Below, piece by piece: positions 43,148 to 52,773 of a DNA stretch of 64,000 nucleotides. Position 1 is the stretch's first letter. Each line of letters begins with the position of its first letter. The notes under the pieces are model-generated. The model was not told where the DNA came from, made no database searches, and saw only the letters and a program-made list of their open reading frames with translations. This DNA comes from a virus. The DNA is taken from positions 1 to 64,000 of IMG/VR virus record IMGVR_UViG_3300026382_000002; one strand, given 5' to 3'. The position numbers were made by a program, and so were the translations under genes.

Positions 43148-44905
43148 TTATAGTCGATGGGCTGTGTGTTTTTCTCTTCCTGAAACTATTTCATCTGTTT
43201 TAAACCCTTTTCCTCTTTTAACTTCATCGGTAATAGCTTTTTGTAAATATCTATAATTCAATTTAGCAAATAAATTTCTATTAAAGTTTGGTCTCATTAC
43301 AAGAGTCTTGTACACAGGTTTTACGGGTGGTTTTTGGTCAGTTATATATACAAATCTCACACCATGTAGTTTAAGCATATTTAATATATAATCATCAATC
43401 AGTGTACCCTTTAGAAAGACATCTACGTTTTCAGCAAGATACTTACCAACAATATCAGGACCAACTATTACTTTCTTTTTATAACTAGGATAATTTTTTA
43501 GTGCGGCGTTTATATCATACAGTTCGCCTTCATCATCTTTTGCTAACGATAAGTGTCCTCTTGCAATTACTTCAAAATGTTTTTTATTTAAATCTTTGCC
43601 GGTACTGTTTAAAAATGTCTGGTGTAAAAGGTCAGCTTCCTGTTTTCTGGCGGCTCCTATACCTTGATGTTCCAATTTATCTTTAACTGACACTATTCCA
43701 GTGGACAGCTCTTGCCCTTTGTAAACAAAATCGCCCTGTTTAACTTTTAATTTTTTATCTTCCTGAACATATACTTTTGTCTTGTCAGAGTTAATATATA
43801 CAAAATGTCCTCCCTGCGGAGCATTATCTATTCTTATAACTCTACCAGAAACAGGAGCTACTGCCGCTTTTTGTTTAAAATTGCTAGGGCTATTTACCAC
43901 TATTTTAAAACCTTCCATTCCTTGAAGTTTATCAGCTTCTTCGTCTTTTGCACCAACTGAGTGTTTTGTTGAAAGTACCATTTGTGTTAATGGCTCACCA
44001 ATACTTTGCGCTGCTTCTATACCCACTTCTTCTCCTATAGCAGGCAACCGTCCATTTGATTTTAACCCATAACACATTGCACATATACCTCTAGAGGCTT
44101 CGCAAGTTATAGGGCTTCTAACTCTTACACATTTAACTTTTTTGTTTTTTAATTCCTTCCAATATTTTTCGTCTATCAACCTATTTGTACCAGCCTCATA
44201 TCTCCCTACGATGTGATGGTCCATTGGCGACATACAAATTCCATTTTTAGTTCCACAATCATGCTTTGTAATAACTTGATTATCAGTATTTGCTACAAGC
44301 ACTTTTCCAAACTCGCCAGGCTCAGATGTAGCATTAGCGGTTTGAACTGCAGAGAACCTACCCTGAGATGCAACCGCAAAATATTCTTGAGTATTGAGAC
44401 CTTTTATAAAATTATTTTTTATCATTATAGGTTTAGGAGTCTGGTCCATGCCCACAGCATAAAAAGGCGCCCAACTCATTCTAGCTAACTGAGCCGGTTT
44501 TCCTCTAGCGGAAGACTTAATTTGTGTTAACATTTCATTATTATCATCATTCATATTGCTGACGTTTTTTTGAGCCTCGTTAAATGCTTTCATTAATATT
44601 TTCTTCTTTTGAGTATCAGTTTTGGCTTTTTTGAATTCTCTTTCTATTTTTTTTATATGCTTCTCTACCTCTTTTTCATTTATTCTTAAATCTTTAGTTC
44701 CAACATTAGCCCCAAGATAATAGGCCATTTTTTCAGCTAAAGCTGTTATTTTGTGTATTCTTTCCTTATATAGTTCTGGATATTTTTCAGCAAACTTTTT
44801 AAGTTTGTTTGTATATGTTTTTTTATCTATAGGTTTATCAGGTTCAAATTGTATATCCTTAGGCATTAAACTGTTTAATAATATTACTCCGGCTGTTGCT
44901 GTCAT
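43148..44905 (-). CDS. RNA polymerase beta-prime, C-terminal half
   Basis: TATAGVILLNSLMPKD and LGANVGTKDL align with E. coli beta-prime around residue 560 onward. The bridge helix reads SARGKPAQLARMSWAP...GLNTQEYFAVASQGR, and the trigger loop region reads AAQSIGEPLTQMVLSTKHSVGA. Confidence 0.85.
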   Translation of the reverse strand: MTATAGVILLNSLMPKDIQFEPDKPIDKKTYTNKLKKFAEKYPELYKERIHKITALAEKMAYYLGANVGTKDLRINEKEVEKHIKKIEREFKKAKTDTQKKKILMKAFNEAQKNVSNMNDDNNEMLTQIKSSARGKPAQLARMSWAPFYAVGMDQTPKPIMIKNNFIKGLNTQEYFAVASQGRFSAVQTANATSEPGEFGKVLVANTDNQVITKHDCGTKNGICMSPMDHHIVGRYEAGTNRLIDEKYWKELKNKKVKCVRVRSPITCEASRGICAMCYGLKSNGRLPAIGEEVGIEAAQSIGEPLTQMVLSTKHSVGAKDEEADKLQGMEGFKIVVNSPSNFKQKAAVAPVSGRVIRIDNAPQGGHFVYINSDKTKVYVQEDKKLKVKQGDFVYKGQELSTGIVSVKDKLEHQGIGAARKQEADLLHQTFLNSTGKDLNKKHFEVIARGHLSLAKDDEGELYDINAALKNYPSYKKKVIVGPDIVGKYLAENVDVFLKGTLIDDYILNMLKLHGVRFVYITDQKPPVKPVYKTLVMRPNFNRNLFAKLNYRYLQKAITDEVKRGKGFKTDEIVSGREKHTAHRL

Positions 44906-45345
44906 TATTGTCCTTTAAAAGTCAAATTATAATAATCAATTGTATCAAAATCTGCGTCTATTCCAGACCCTATATAATGCCCTCTTTTTTTTATAATAGA
45001 ATTTATAGCGGCATTATTTCTAACTATTCCTATTATAGCAGGTTTATTTTTAAGTTTATCATTCATATGTTTCCATAGTTTATATCCTAGTTTTTTTTGT
45101 CTAACTAGCGGATGTAGAATAAAAGCTTTTATTATATATATTTCATTGGTTTCTTCAAATGTATAAAGTCCTCTTACATTCCCTTCTACAATAAGAACAA
45201 CGGTTTTGTTTTTAGAGTTTTTTAGAATATGCTCGGCCTCTATTTTGTTTATTAATTCGCCCTTAAACTCTTTAAAAAATCTTTGTATTAACTGCACTGA
45301 TTCGTTATAGGTATATTTATCAATCTGTTTTATTTCACTATTCAT
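44905..45345 (-). CDS. GNAT-family N-acetyltransferase candidate
   Basis: 146 aa. IIKAFILHPLVRQKKLGYKLWKHM resembles GNAT motif A (beta4-alpha3). Its stop overlaps the beta-prime-C start. Confidence 0.5.
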   Translation of the reverse strand: MNSEIKQIDKYTYNESVQLIQRFFKEFKGELINKIEAEHILKNSKNKTVVLIVEGNVRGLYTFEETNEIYIIKAFILHPLVRQKKLGYKLWKHMNDKLKNKPAIIGIVRNNAAINSIIKKRGHYIGSGIDADFDTIDYYNLTFKGQ

Positions 45346-45734
45346 CTTTTTCCTTTTAGTGAATCTAATAAACTAATTACATCAGATTCTGTGGATTTGT
45401 CTTTTATGTAGTTATATAATTCAAAGTAGGGAAGATAATCATTGTTATAAATTGCTTCTACCATTAAAGGTGAGATAGCCTTAAATTTCATTCGTTTTAA
45501 AGTTAGATATAAATCATAGTAACATTTATTATTGTCGTTTATTTCTTTTGTTAAAGCTTCATTTAAAAATTCATCTTGCCCCGACACAATAATCCACTTA
45601 TTGACTAGCAATATAGTGCCTATTGCTCCAAAATAAACAGCAGGTTTATATTTTGAATCAGGGTTTTGTAATTCGTTTAACAAATTAAAAGCTTGAAAAG
45701 AATCTATTTCCTTGTATTTTGAAAAAGGTATCAT
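45342..45734 (-). CDS. Hypothetical protein
   Basis: 130-aa ORF with a 4-nt overlap onto the GNAT gene. Confidence 0.55.
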   Translation of the reverse strand: MIPFSKYKEIDSFQAFNLLNELQNPDSKYKPAVYFGAIGTILLVNKWIIVSGQDEFLNEALTKEINDNNKCYYDLYLTLKRMKFKAISPLMVEAIYNNDYLPYFELYNYIKDKSTESDVISLLDSLKGKR

Positions 45735-45742
45735 CTTGTTCC

Positions 45743-46999
45743 TTATAGTGGTATTCTATCATTAATACATTGTATCAACCATCTTTTAAATACACCTTTT
45801 GTTAAAACTTTATTACTTATTTCTATAGACACATTAGAATCGGCACATTTTGTTTGCTTTAAAAAAGTTAATGGACTTGTCTTTTCAAGACAATAATCTT
45901 CTCTATTGTAAAAAGAACTTAAAGCATGGTTTTTTAGTAGAATATAATTTTCTTCAATTGTTGATATTTTATTTTTATAAAATTCTATCAATTTTCCTAT
46001 ATCTGTTGAAGGCCTTCCGTTCACTATATCGTTAACTATTTGTATATAATATTCTTCGATGTGCGTTTTAATTAAAGACACAGCTTTTTTTGCAGTTAAT
46101 ACGTCTTGGCCAGAATAATTGTTTTCAACTACATATGAAGAATCAACAGTATAGTCGTTTTTGTCTTTTAGATTTTTGTTTGCTTTATTGATTGTTTTTT
46201 TAGAGAGAACCATATTGTCAACAGTTTCATTAAAAGCTATTTCATCTATATAAAGAGAGGTTACATTAGATAAATCACGTCTAATGAATGCGTCAACATT
46301 ATCATAGTTAAGCAAATCTGCCATTAGTTTTTTGGATGCAGTTGAAACGTATGATGTGTACAATACTATCGGATTTAAGAATGTAGCATTTCCTCCGTTT
46401 ATAAAACTAAAACTGTTTCCCTCTATTTTTGAAACACCGCACTCAACAATATCTGTACCAATCTGGTTAAAATTGTCCAGCATATATTTTTTTGTTGGCA
46501 ATATTGCTTTCTCATCTGTAATATATATTCTTTGAAATGATTCCGATGTGTTTTTATAAAACATCCCGGAAGTTATATTGTTCGATAAAACAGCGTCATT
46601 AATTATTTTACTTCTATCTACATCGTGTGAATACCACCATACAACATTTGCAGTTACGACATCATTTGAAATAAAAATATTATTTAAATAAGTAAAAAGG
46701 GGGAGGGTAAAATCTTTCAATATTAATGTATTTGGATTGATTTCTAAATTATAATTGGGTAACAGCTTTATTTCGGGAGTATATTTAACGAATAGTGAAT
46801 CGTAGTTTAATGAACTGTTTTCAAATTTACTTCCATATACAAACAATGAAATAAACGGATTTCCGGCGTAATAATTATCTATCTTCTTCGTTAAAAAGCT
46901 TTCAATTGAGTTTTTTATTTCTAGAAAATTATTATATACATCTTTAGCTGCATCACAGAAATCAGAAAGTTTAAACACATGTTTATAATCATAAGTCAT
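45743..46999 (-). CDS. Hypothetical protein
   Basis: 418-aa ORF in a tightly packed operon. Confidence 0.55.
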   Translation of the reverse strand: MTYDYKHVFKLSDFCDAAKDVYNNFLEIKNSIESFLTKKIDNYYAGNPFISLFVYGSKFENSSLNYDSLFVKYTPEIKLLPNYNLEINPNTLILKDFTLPLFTYLNNIFISNDVVTANVVWWYSHDVDRSKIINDAVLSNNITSGMFYKNTSESFQRIYITDEKAILPTKKYMLDNFNQIGTDIVECGVSKIEGNSFSFINGGNATFLNPIVLYTSYVSTASKKLMADLLNYDNVDAFIRRDLSNVTSLYIDEIAFNETVDNMVLSKKTINKANKNLKDKNDYTVDSSYVVENNYSGQDVLTAKKAVSLIKTHIEEYYIQIVNDIVNGRPSTDIGKLIEFYKNKISTIEENYILLKNHALSSFYNREDYCLEKTSPLTFLKQTKCADSNVSIEISNKVLTKGVFKRWLIQCINDRIPL

Positions 47000-48035
47000 T
47001 TATTAATTCCTTTACACTGCTAGCAAGAGGTGTTAACGCTGGAAAATACAAGGCGTCAGAAAAAGTTTTGGTTTTGCATACGTTAAATCTTATTTGTTCA
47101 GGAACTCTCCCATAAGACCAACCATTTGAAACGCTTACTTTTTCCCAACTAGAAAATGGGATAATTGTATTGTTCACTTGAATATTTGCTAACATTTTTT
47201 TATCAAATGTCTTGCTTATTGTTTCATTGGGGGCAACAGATAACAAACTACCATCTACTGTCCTTATTTTGACGCTATTACCGAACAGGTCAATAATATT
47301 AAATATTGGGATTTCACCAGTAACTATTGAATTTCTAACAATAAATCCAGACTGATTGGTAAGTGATATAATATATTTCTTATAGCTGAAATCGTTATAT
47401 CTAACTTCAATAGTGTATCTTCCATTAATAGATATAGTATCTCCCTCATCTATTGGTTCATTGAATTTAATTCCTATAAACATTACTCCCCATATAGATG
47501 TTGGACAGAATGCTGTATTGATATTGTATTTATTAACAATATTATTTGCTGCATCTAAATAATACAACACTGGCTCATTTAATATTTCCCGATTTTTCTT
47601 TTTTGAAAAAACAGAGAAAGTATTGGATATATTTATCTGGTCAATAAAAGTCTTGACTTTTGATATGTTTTTATAAGCCATTATTGAATATGCAGCTGCA
47701 TCTTTTGTAACCACATCTATATTTACATCACTGTAATACGAATTGTTCAATATCAAAAATTGCTCTCTTATATCTTCATCTAAAGCTACAGCGTCTACTT
47801 TTTTGAGGTCATCGACATATTCTATTATTTTTTTAATAATATATTCAAGCGTTTCTCCTATATTAGAATATGAAAGCGATTGATTATCATTTAATTCGTT
47901 TATTTTTTTATCTTGAAAGAATGCTAAATTATTCTCGCTTTCTGTTATTATATAGTCAAGTGGAACCAATTGTGATTTCACTTCTGTATATTGTTGAATT
48001 ACTGAATTTAAATAATCTAAGGGCGTCATTAACAT
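46989..48035 (-). CDS. Hypothetical protein
   Basis: 348-aa ORF that overlaps both neighbours. Confidence 0.55.
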   Translation of the reverse strand: MLMTPLDYLNSVIQQYTEVKSQLVPLDYIITESENNLAFFQDKKINELNDNQSLSYSNIGETLEYIIKKIIEYVDDLKKVDAVALDEDIREQFLILNNSYYSDVNIDVVTKDAAAYSIMAYKNISKVKTFIDQINISNTFSVFSKKKNREILNEPVLYYLDAANNIVNKYNINTAFCPTSIWGVMFIGIKFNEPIDEGDTISINGRYTIEVRYNDFSYKKYIISLTNQSGFIVRNSIVTGEIPIFNIIDLFGNSVKIRTVDGSLLSVAPNETISKTFDKKMLANIQVNNTIIPFSSWEKVSVSNGWSYGRVPEQIRFNVCKTKTFSDALYFPALTPLASSVKELINDL

Positions 48036-49042
48036 TCTCCTATAGCTTTATATGCTTCAGTAAGCACTTTATTGATACTGTTCACAAACTCACTATAACT
48101 TATCATTTCGTCAGTATCTATTTCATTGTTATGTATCACGGCATCTACAATTTTCGATTCAACATCTGTTTTTCCCGAATCTAATTTTATAAGATAAGGT
48201 ACTTGCCAGTTTTTTGAAGCTTTAGTGTTTTCTAATTCTGTCATTAAATCTATTACTTTAACAAGGTTTGTATTTAAAGACAGGTCATCACTTATTACTG
48301 ATAAGTCTTTCAAGTAGAGATTATTGTAAGTAATATAATCAAGAGAAAATTGCATATTGTTTATTAAGTAATCCGAATTGGAGCAATAAATACCTATGAT
48401 ATTAGTCTGTTCAATATCTATTACCTTTCCATCTATAGTTTTATTTGTTATTGTCACCAATGGCGATTTAATTATTGAATTTGACAATGAAAGGGTTTCG
48501 TTTATAGAGATAAATTTTTCTTTTATTTCAAGCAATCCTACCAATTCGTTTTCATCTTTATTATCAAGCCCTATTTTTTTTAAAGTACTATTTACTATTG
48601 TTTTTTTATTGGCGTTAAAATAAGTTGATAGAAAATAATCAGAAGTCAAGATAATATCTCTGGTTGTGTCAGTATCTCCAGTTATTACTTGTTGATATAT
48701 AAATGAAGATACATTATCTATTGTTTGGTATTTAGTTGAAACGACTGCATCAACATATTCTTCATCAACAAATTGATTGGGCCCGCTGATTTGATTTTCA
48801 ATAATTATTGTTAGCGTGTTCGACGATATAGTAACTTCCTTGTCGTAATAAAAAAAAGCGCTATCTAGAATCGGATTTTCTGAATTAGTCCTTTTAAGCT
48901 GTTCCAAAAGATATTCGGCTTTTAATATCTTTTGGAGAAGCTCTTTTTGTAATTTGTACATTTCTTTAAAAAACGAATTTTCTGTGTCCACATTCGTAAT
49001 ATCAGATAATGCAAATTGTTTACATAAAAGGCTTATATCCAT
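48029..49042 (-). CDS. Hypothetical protein
   Basis: 337-aa ORF. Confidence 0.55.
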   Translation of the reverse strand: MDISLLCKQFALSDITNVDTENSFFKEMYKLQKELLQKILKAEYLLEQLKRTNSENPILDSAFFYYDKEVTISSNTLTIIIENQISGPNQFVDEEYVDAVVSTKYQTIDNVSSFIYQQVITGDTDTTRDIILTSDYFLSTYFNANKKTIVNSTLKKIGLDNKDENELVGLLEIKEKFISINETLSLSNSIIKSPLVTITNKTIDGKVIDIEQTNIIGIYCSNSDYLINNMQFSLDYITYNNLYLKDLSVISDDLSLNTNLVKVIDLMTELENTKASKNWQVPYLIKLDSGKTDVESKIVDAVIHNNEIDTDEMISYSEFVNSINKVLTEAYKAIGEC

Positions 49043-49043
49043 A

Positions 49044-49484
49044 TTACACCTGCTTCATAAGATTATCTGCTACTGAATACTCATAAGTGCCTGTGTCTGA
49101 CGATATTACGATTGCATCGTTATTTATCTTTAATTGAACTGTTTTATCATGATTTCCAAAATATAATAATGTCTCCTTTGAAGTATCATAGTCAACCACG
49201 CCAGAATTTGCAGCTATTTCATTTAACTTTTTTTCAATATCAGCGAAGTTTCTATTAATAGTTTGGATAACGCTATTAATGCCTGCTGTTGTAAAATCAA
49301 TTTTGTCAACATTTATTTCGGTGATTGCCATTTTTAACCTTTTAGCTATTTGTGTTTGATAATCGAGCGTTGTTTTTAGTTTTTCTAAAAACTTAATATC
49401 AATACCATTTTCAATTGGGTCACTGAGCTCGGCAGGAGGAATAATGTCCTCGTATGCCTTAACAAATTCCCTAAAAACAACCAT
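49044..49484 (-). CDS. Hypothetical protein
   Basis: 146-aa ORF. Confidence 0.55.
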   Translation of the reverse strand: MVVFREFVKAYEDIIPPAELSDPIENGIDIKFLEKLKTTLDYQTQIAKRLKMAITEINVDKIDFTTAGINSVIQTINRNFADIEKKLNEIAANSGVVDYDTSKETLLYFGNHDKTVQLKINNDAIVISSDTGTYEYSVADNLMKQV

Positions 49485-50404
49485 TAGTCAACCAAATTCC
49501 AGCTTAGTGTCCATTGATATACAAAATTAAACCCTTCAGGGAATACTAATAATCCTGAAGTAATTCTTGAAGATGCAAGTTTTTCATAAGGGTCTGATTC
49601 AGTTCCGCTACCAGTTATGTTTGCGCATAATAATATTTCTGAGATTTCTTGTGGTCTATAACCCCCATCCGCTGTAACGGCACCAGTTGAATCGAGACCG
49701 TTTTTAAATCTGTAAATAGTATTGTCTTCACCATCAGTAGCTTTTAAAACTTCCGTATAATTACCACCATCAATTATGTTTCCATCTGCATCAATATTTC
49801 TCATTTTGGCTAATGTCCCATCTGGCATCACTAAGTCATAACCAACAAGGTTGTCTACAAAAGGAATTTTTTCATCAGTTTGGTCTGTACCATTTCTCAA
49901 GTTAAAATCGTTAAACGCTATAGGCATTTCAACTGTAAATTCTTTTCCATCAGGGCCAAACGATATATTGCTTGCTGTAATATCTTTTTCAATGTAAACA
50001 ATTCTATGTTTCTTATCGTTGTAAGTGTATGTAAAGTCATCAACGCTGTCATCGAGCAATGATGTTTTAATTAATTCAGCCGCTTTAAGTTCAGTGTCAT
50101 TTACTGTAGGGTCAACCTTTTGTTTTGGATTATCAAAATTATGACCACAATTACCGAACGCCACTTTTGCAAGTTTGTAGTTTGTGTCTCCAGCCATAAC
50201 GTGCGCCATTATTTTTTTAGCAGTTTCGAGCGAAGTATTAAACATCACGTCATCAATATCGTATCCTTTCCACATAGTCACAATGTCAACCAAATTGCCT
50301 TGAGGGTCATAAACTTTAAGAGCAACTTTGCCTTTCATGCCGCTTACCGTTTTTGAGCTGTTTAGCATTCTATTGAAAGTTTTAGCTTGACTTTTTGTAA
50401 TCAT
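49484..50404 (-). CDS. Hypothetical protein (probably structural)
   Basis: 306-aa ORF, first gene after the consensus box at 50434-50442. Confidence 0.55.
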   Translation of the reverse strand: MITKSQAKTFNRMLNSSKTVSGMKGKVALKVYDPQGNLVDIVTMWKGYDIDDVMFNTSLETAKKIMAHVMAGDTNYKLAKVAFGNCGHNFDNPKQKVDPTVNDTELKAAELIKTSLLDDSVDDFTYTYNDKKHRIVYIEKDITASNISFGPDGKEFTVEMPIAFNDFNLRNGTDQTDEKIPFVDNLVGYDLVMPDGTLAKMRNIDADGNIIDGGNYTEVLKATDGEDNTIYRFKNGLDSTGAVTADGGYRPQEISEILLCANITGSGTESDPYEKLASSRITSGLLVFPEGFNFVYQWTLSWNLVD

Positions 50405-50433
50405 TTCAGTCCTTTTTAGTTATTTTTTTGTTA

Positions 50434-50442
50434 ATTATAGCA
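50434..50442 (-). promoter_or_regulatory. Extended -10 promoter-like box (TGCTATAAT)
   Basis: The reverse complement reads TAATATGCTATAAT. It lies 29 nt upstream of ATG 50404. Confidence 0.5.
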
Positions 50443-50453
50443 TATTAAACTAA

Positions 50454-51023
50454 TTAATAATATGCAATCAAGTCGCCATCTGCCATATTATAAATTTTTA
50501 ATGTTTTATTAGCCGCATCATAAACATAATATTTTTCGTCGCTTGTATTTTTTGTTATAAGTTTTCCATTAACAAAAATTAATCTAATTGGTCTTGTAAA
50601 GTCAACCAGAGTAACACTATTACCATCATCTGCATCTATATTATCTGATGTAATTTTAACTGTTACAGGGTCTTTCGTCGGCATATCCAAAGATGTTATG
50701 TAAGTTTGCCTAATATTTGTTGTTGGGTCTAAAAATTGGATTCTACCCAAATCTGTGTTAAATCCAATTTGTCCCGGAAGTAGTGTTGACGAAAGAGCTA
50801 CTGAGCCACCAAGTTTAGGTTTGTACTCTTGTATATTGTCAGTTACATATTTTTCAACATCTGTCCAATAAGCAATTTTTTTTGCCCCCTCTGATGTACC
50901 TATAAATAGATTGGTCGTATCCATCGCATATACAAACTCTCTTACCGCAGGTCTATATTGTTGCAATGTTGCCTCTGTTTCTGCCCATCTTATCTGTAGT
51001 TGTTTTGCTATTGGTTCACTCAT
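50454..51023 (-). CDS. Tail fibre protein candidate
   Basis: LQIRWAETEATLQQYRPAVREFVYAMDTTNLFIGTSEG resembles the conserved tail-fibre N-terminal motif (QlRRgt.a.w....L..GE...e.Dt..l.iGdG). Confidence 0.45.
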   Translation of the reverse strand: MSEPIAKQLQIRWAETEATLQQYRPAVREFVYAMDTTNLFIGTSEGAKKIAYWTDVEKYVTDNIQEYKPKLGGSVALSSTLLPGQIGFNTDLGRIQFLDPTTNIRQTYITSLDMPTKDPVTVKITSDNIDADDGNSVTLVDFTRPIRLIFVNGKLITKNTSDEKYYVYDAANKTLKIYNMADGDLIAYY

Positions 51024-51038
51024 TGTTTTTCCTTTTTT

Positions 51039-51047
51039 TGTTATAAT
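51039..51047 (+). promoter_or_regulatory. Extended -10 promoter-like box (TGTTATAAT)
   Basis: TTTTTTTGTTATAAT lies 20 nt upstream of GTG 51068. It overlaps the minus-strand box by 2 bp. Confidence 0.5.
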
Positions 51048-51054
51048 TATAGCA
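51046..51054 (-). promoter_or_regulatory. Extended -10 promoter-like box (TGCTATAAT)
   Basis: The reverse complement reads TTTTTGCTATAAT. It lies 22 nt upstream of ATG 51023. Confidence 0.5.
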
Positions 51055-51067
51055 AAAAGGCAAAAAA

Positions 51068-51691
51068 GTGGCTGAAAAAATAAAAATTACCAACTCGTAT
51101 TATAAAGAGTTATACATATCTAAAACTGACCAATACGGAAATGAAAAACCTATAGACTTATCTAAATATAATGATTGTTATGTAATTTTTAAAAAGAATA
51201 GATTAGTGCCTGATGAAGAGGCCTATCTTATTAAAAAAATATATCCAGATGATTCAAATATTGGAGTAATCCCTATTTATCTAACCCCTGAAGAAACAAA
51301 GATGTTGCCGCTTACATCTTTTGATGGAGATTTGCCATATTTTTATATGTTTGTTCAGATAGGGAGTACAGCCACGGGCGAAACAATGGAAGTGGGTGAA
51401 TACAAGGTAAAAACAGAATACGCAGGTTTAAGATATTACACTAAAGTTGACACTGATTTAAGTGATTTGGGACCTATTACAGGATATGTAGGCTATGTGT
51501 TTGATTGTGGCAGATTGTGCGAGCCAGCAGTATATGTGCTTGACTTATCTGGAGGAAAGCCTATCGTTACAGATTGTGGGAAATTAACAAACTATGAATA
51601 TACTATTATAGATTTAGGGCCTATATCAAAAGAGCCTATTGAGATTTATGATTTAAGTAAGTTTACTGGAGTGTGTGATGTTAATATTTAG
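51068..51691 (+). CDS. Hypothetical protein
   Basis: 207-aa ORF with a GTG start after SD AAAAAGG. Confidence 0.55.
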   Translation: MAEKIKITNSYYKELYISKTDQYGNEKPIDLSKYNDCYVIFKKNRLVPDEEAYLIKKIYPDDSNIGVIPIYLTPEETKMLPLTSFDGDLPYFYMFVQIGSTATGETMEVGEYKVKTEYAGLRYYTKVDTDLSDLGPITGYVGYVFDCGRLCEPAVYVLDLSGGKPIVTDCGKLTNYEYTIIDLGPISKEPIEIYDLSKFTGVCDVNI

Positions 51692-52331
51692 TTCTGACCC
51701 ACAGATAAATCAAATAGCTAATCAACAGCTCGAATATTTTGTTAACAAATTCAAACAAAACCACAACGAAAATGTACTAAGGGCAAAAGGTGAAATAATT
51801 ATAAAAAAAGCTCTTAAAAACTGGAACCCTAGTAAAGGAAATCTTAAAACATTTTTATCTTCACAACTGCAACAACTATCAAGAGAACTTTATAAAAATC
51901 AAATTGTTTATATCCCCGAAAACCAACAATTATTAATGTACAAGGCACAACAAATTATTAATACATATAATGACACGTATGGAGGAGTCCCTGATGCTAA
52001 ATATTTAGCCAAACAGTTAAATATAACAGAAAAGAAAGCAAAAAACTTACTAAACTTATATGGAGGGGTTGTTTCTCATCAGTATGATACAGATATAAAA
52101 GGAAAAACTGCTGAAACATATTCCCCACTTGAAATAATAAACACTATTCCAGATTCTTTGCACAGAGAAATTGCTAATGATTTATATTTAAAAGAGAAAC
52201 CCAAAGATTATATTTATAAAAAATATGGAATTAAGCAAACTAAATTTTATGAAATCAAAAAGAGTATAGATTCACATATAAACAGATATTCTGAAGCTAT
52301 GAATACAGAAAAAGATAAAGGATTATTCTAA
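51675..52331 (+). CDS. Sigma-70-family sigma factor
   Basis: Region 2-like NWNPSKGNLKTFLSSQLQQLSRELYKNQIVYIPEN. Region 3-like GGVPDAKYLAKQLNITEKKAKNLL. Region 4.2-like HTH DYIYKKYGIKQTKFYEIKKSIDSHI. Confidence 0.65.
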   Translation: MMLIFSSDPQINQIANQQLEYFVNKFKQNHNENVLRAKGEIIIKKALKNWNPSKGNLKTFLSSQLQQLSRELYKNQIVYIPENQQLLMYKAQQIINTYNDTYGGVPDAKYLAKQLNITEKKAKNLLNLYGGVVSHQYDTDIKGKTAETYSPLEIINTIPDSLHREIANDLYLKEKPKDYIYKKYGIKQTKFYEIKKSIDSHINRYSEAMNTEKDKGLF

Positions 52332-52744
52332 TGAATATTAATGACTTGTTTGCCAACAAGATATCGGAGGTAGAATCAACAACATTGACATCAAATATAC
52401 AAACATCAGCAGAAATTGATGCAGAAAAAAAATTAAAAGCATTCGTTCAAGAATTGCTCACAACCAAATCTCCTGTGCTGAAACCAGGGTATGGAACTAC
52501 TTTTATTAACGATTTGGGCGAAATAGTTAATATATACAAAATGAGATATTACCTTCAGTCTAATGCCGATTCCATTAAAAATAAATATAACATATCTACT
52601 GTAGAAATAGCAGATGTTAAAAAAAACGGTAACGCTTTAATAGGGCATATAGAAGCCGTTTTTAATGAAAATATCAAAAAAACTGTTAATTTTCAAATTG
52701 ATTGGAAAGATAGAATGTTTACTACAGAAGCTATTGTGGAGTAA
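52331..52744 (+). CDS. Hypothetical protein translationally coupled to the sigma gene
   Basis: 137-aa ORF with a TAATG stop/start overlap onto the sigma gene. Confidence 0.55.
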   Translation: MNINDLFANKISEVESTTLTSNIQTSAEIDAEKKLKAFVQELLTTKSPVLKPGYGTTFINDLGEIVNIYKMRYYLQSNADSIKNKYNISTVEIADVKKNGNALIGHIEAVFNENIKKTVNFQIDWKDRMFTTEAIVE

Positions 52745-52752
52745 AGGAAGAA

Positions 52753-52773
52753 GAGAATTAAATATAAATTCTC
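52753..52773. terminator. AT-rich hairpin between convergent genes
   Basis: GAGAATT (52753-52759) pairs with AATTCTC (52767-52773). It contains the stop codon of the minus-strand gene. Confidence 0.3.

Noticed and set aside
44905-45734. GNAT toxin plus upstream antitoxin (TacT/AtaT-like TA pair)
   Set aside because: The upstream 130-aa protein shows no RHH or HTH antitoxin features, and the GNAT motif A is only partial. The pair sits in a long operon rather than an autonomous cassette. I kept it only as a polymerase-coupled acetyltransferase hypothesis.
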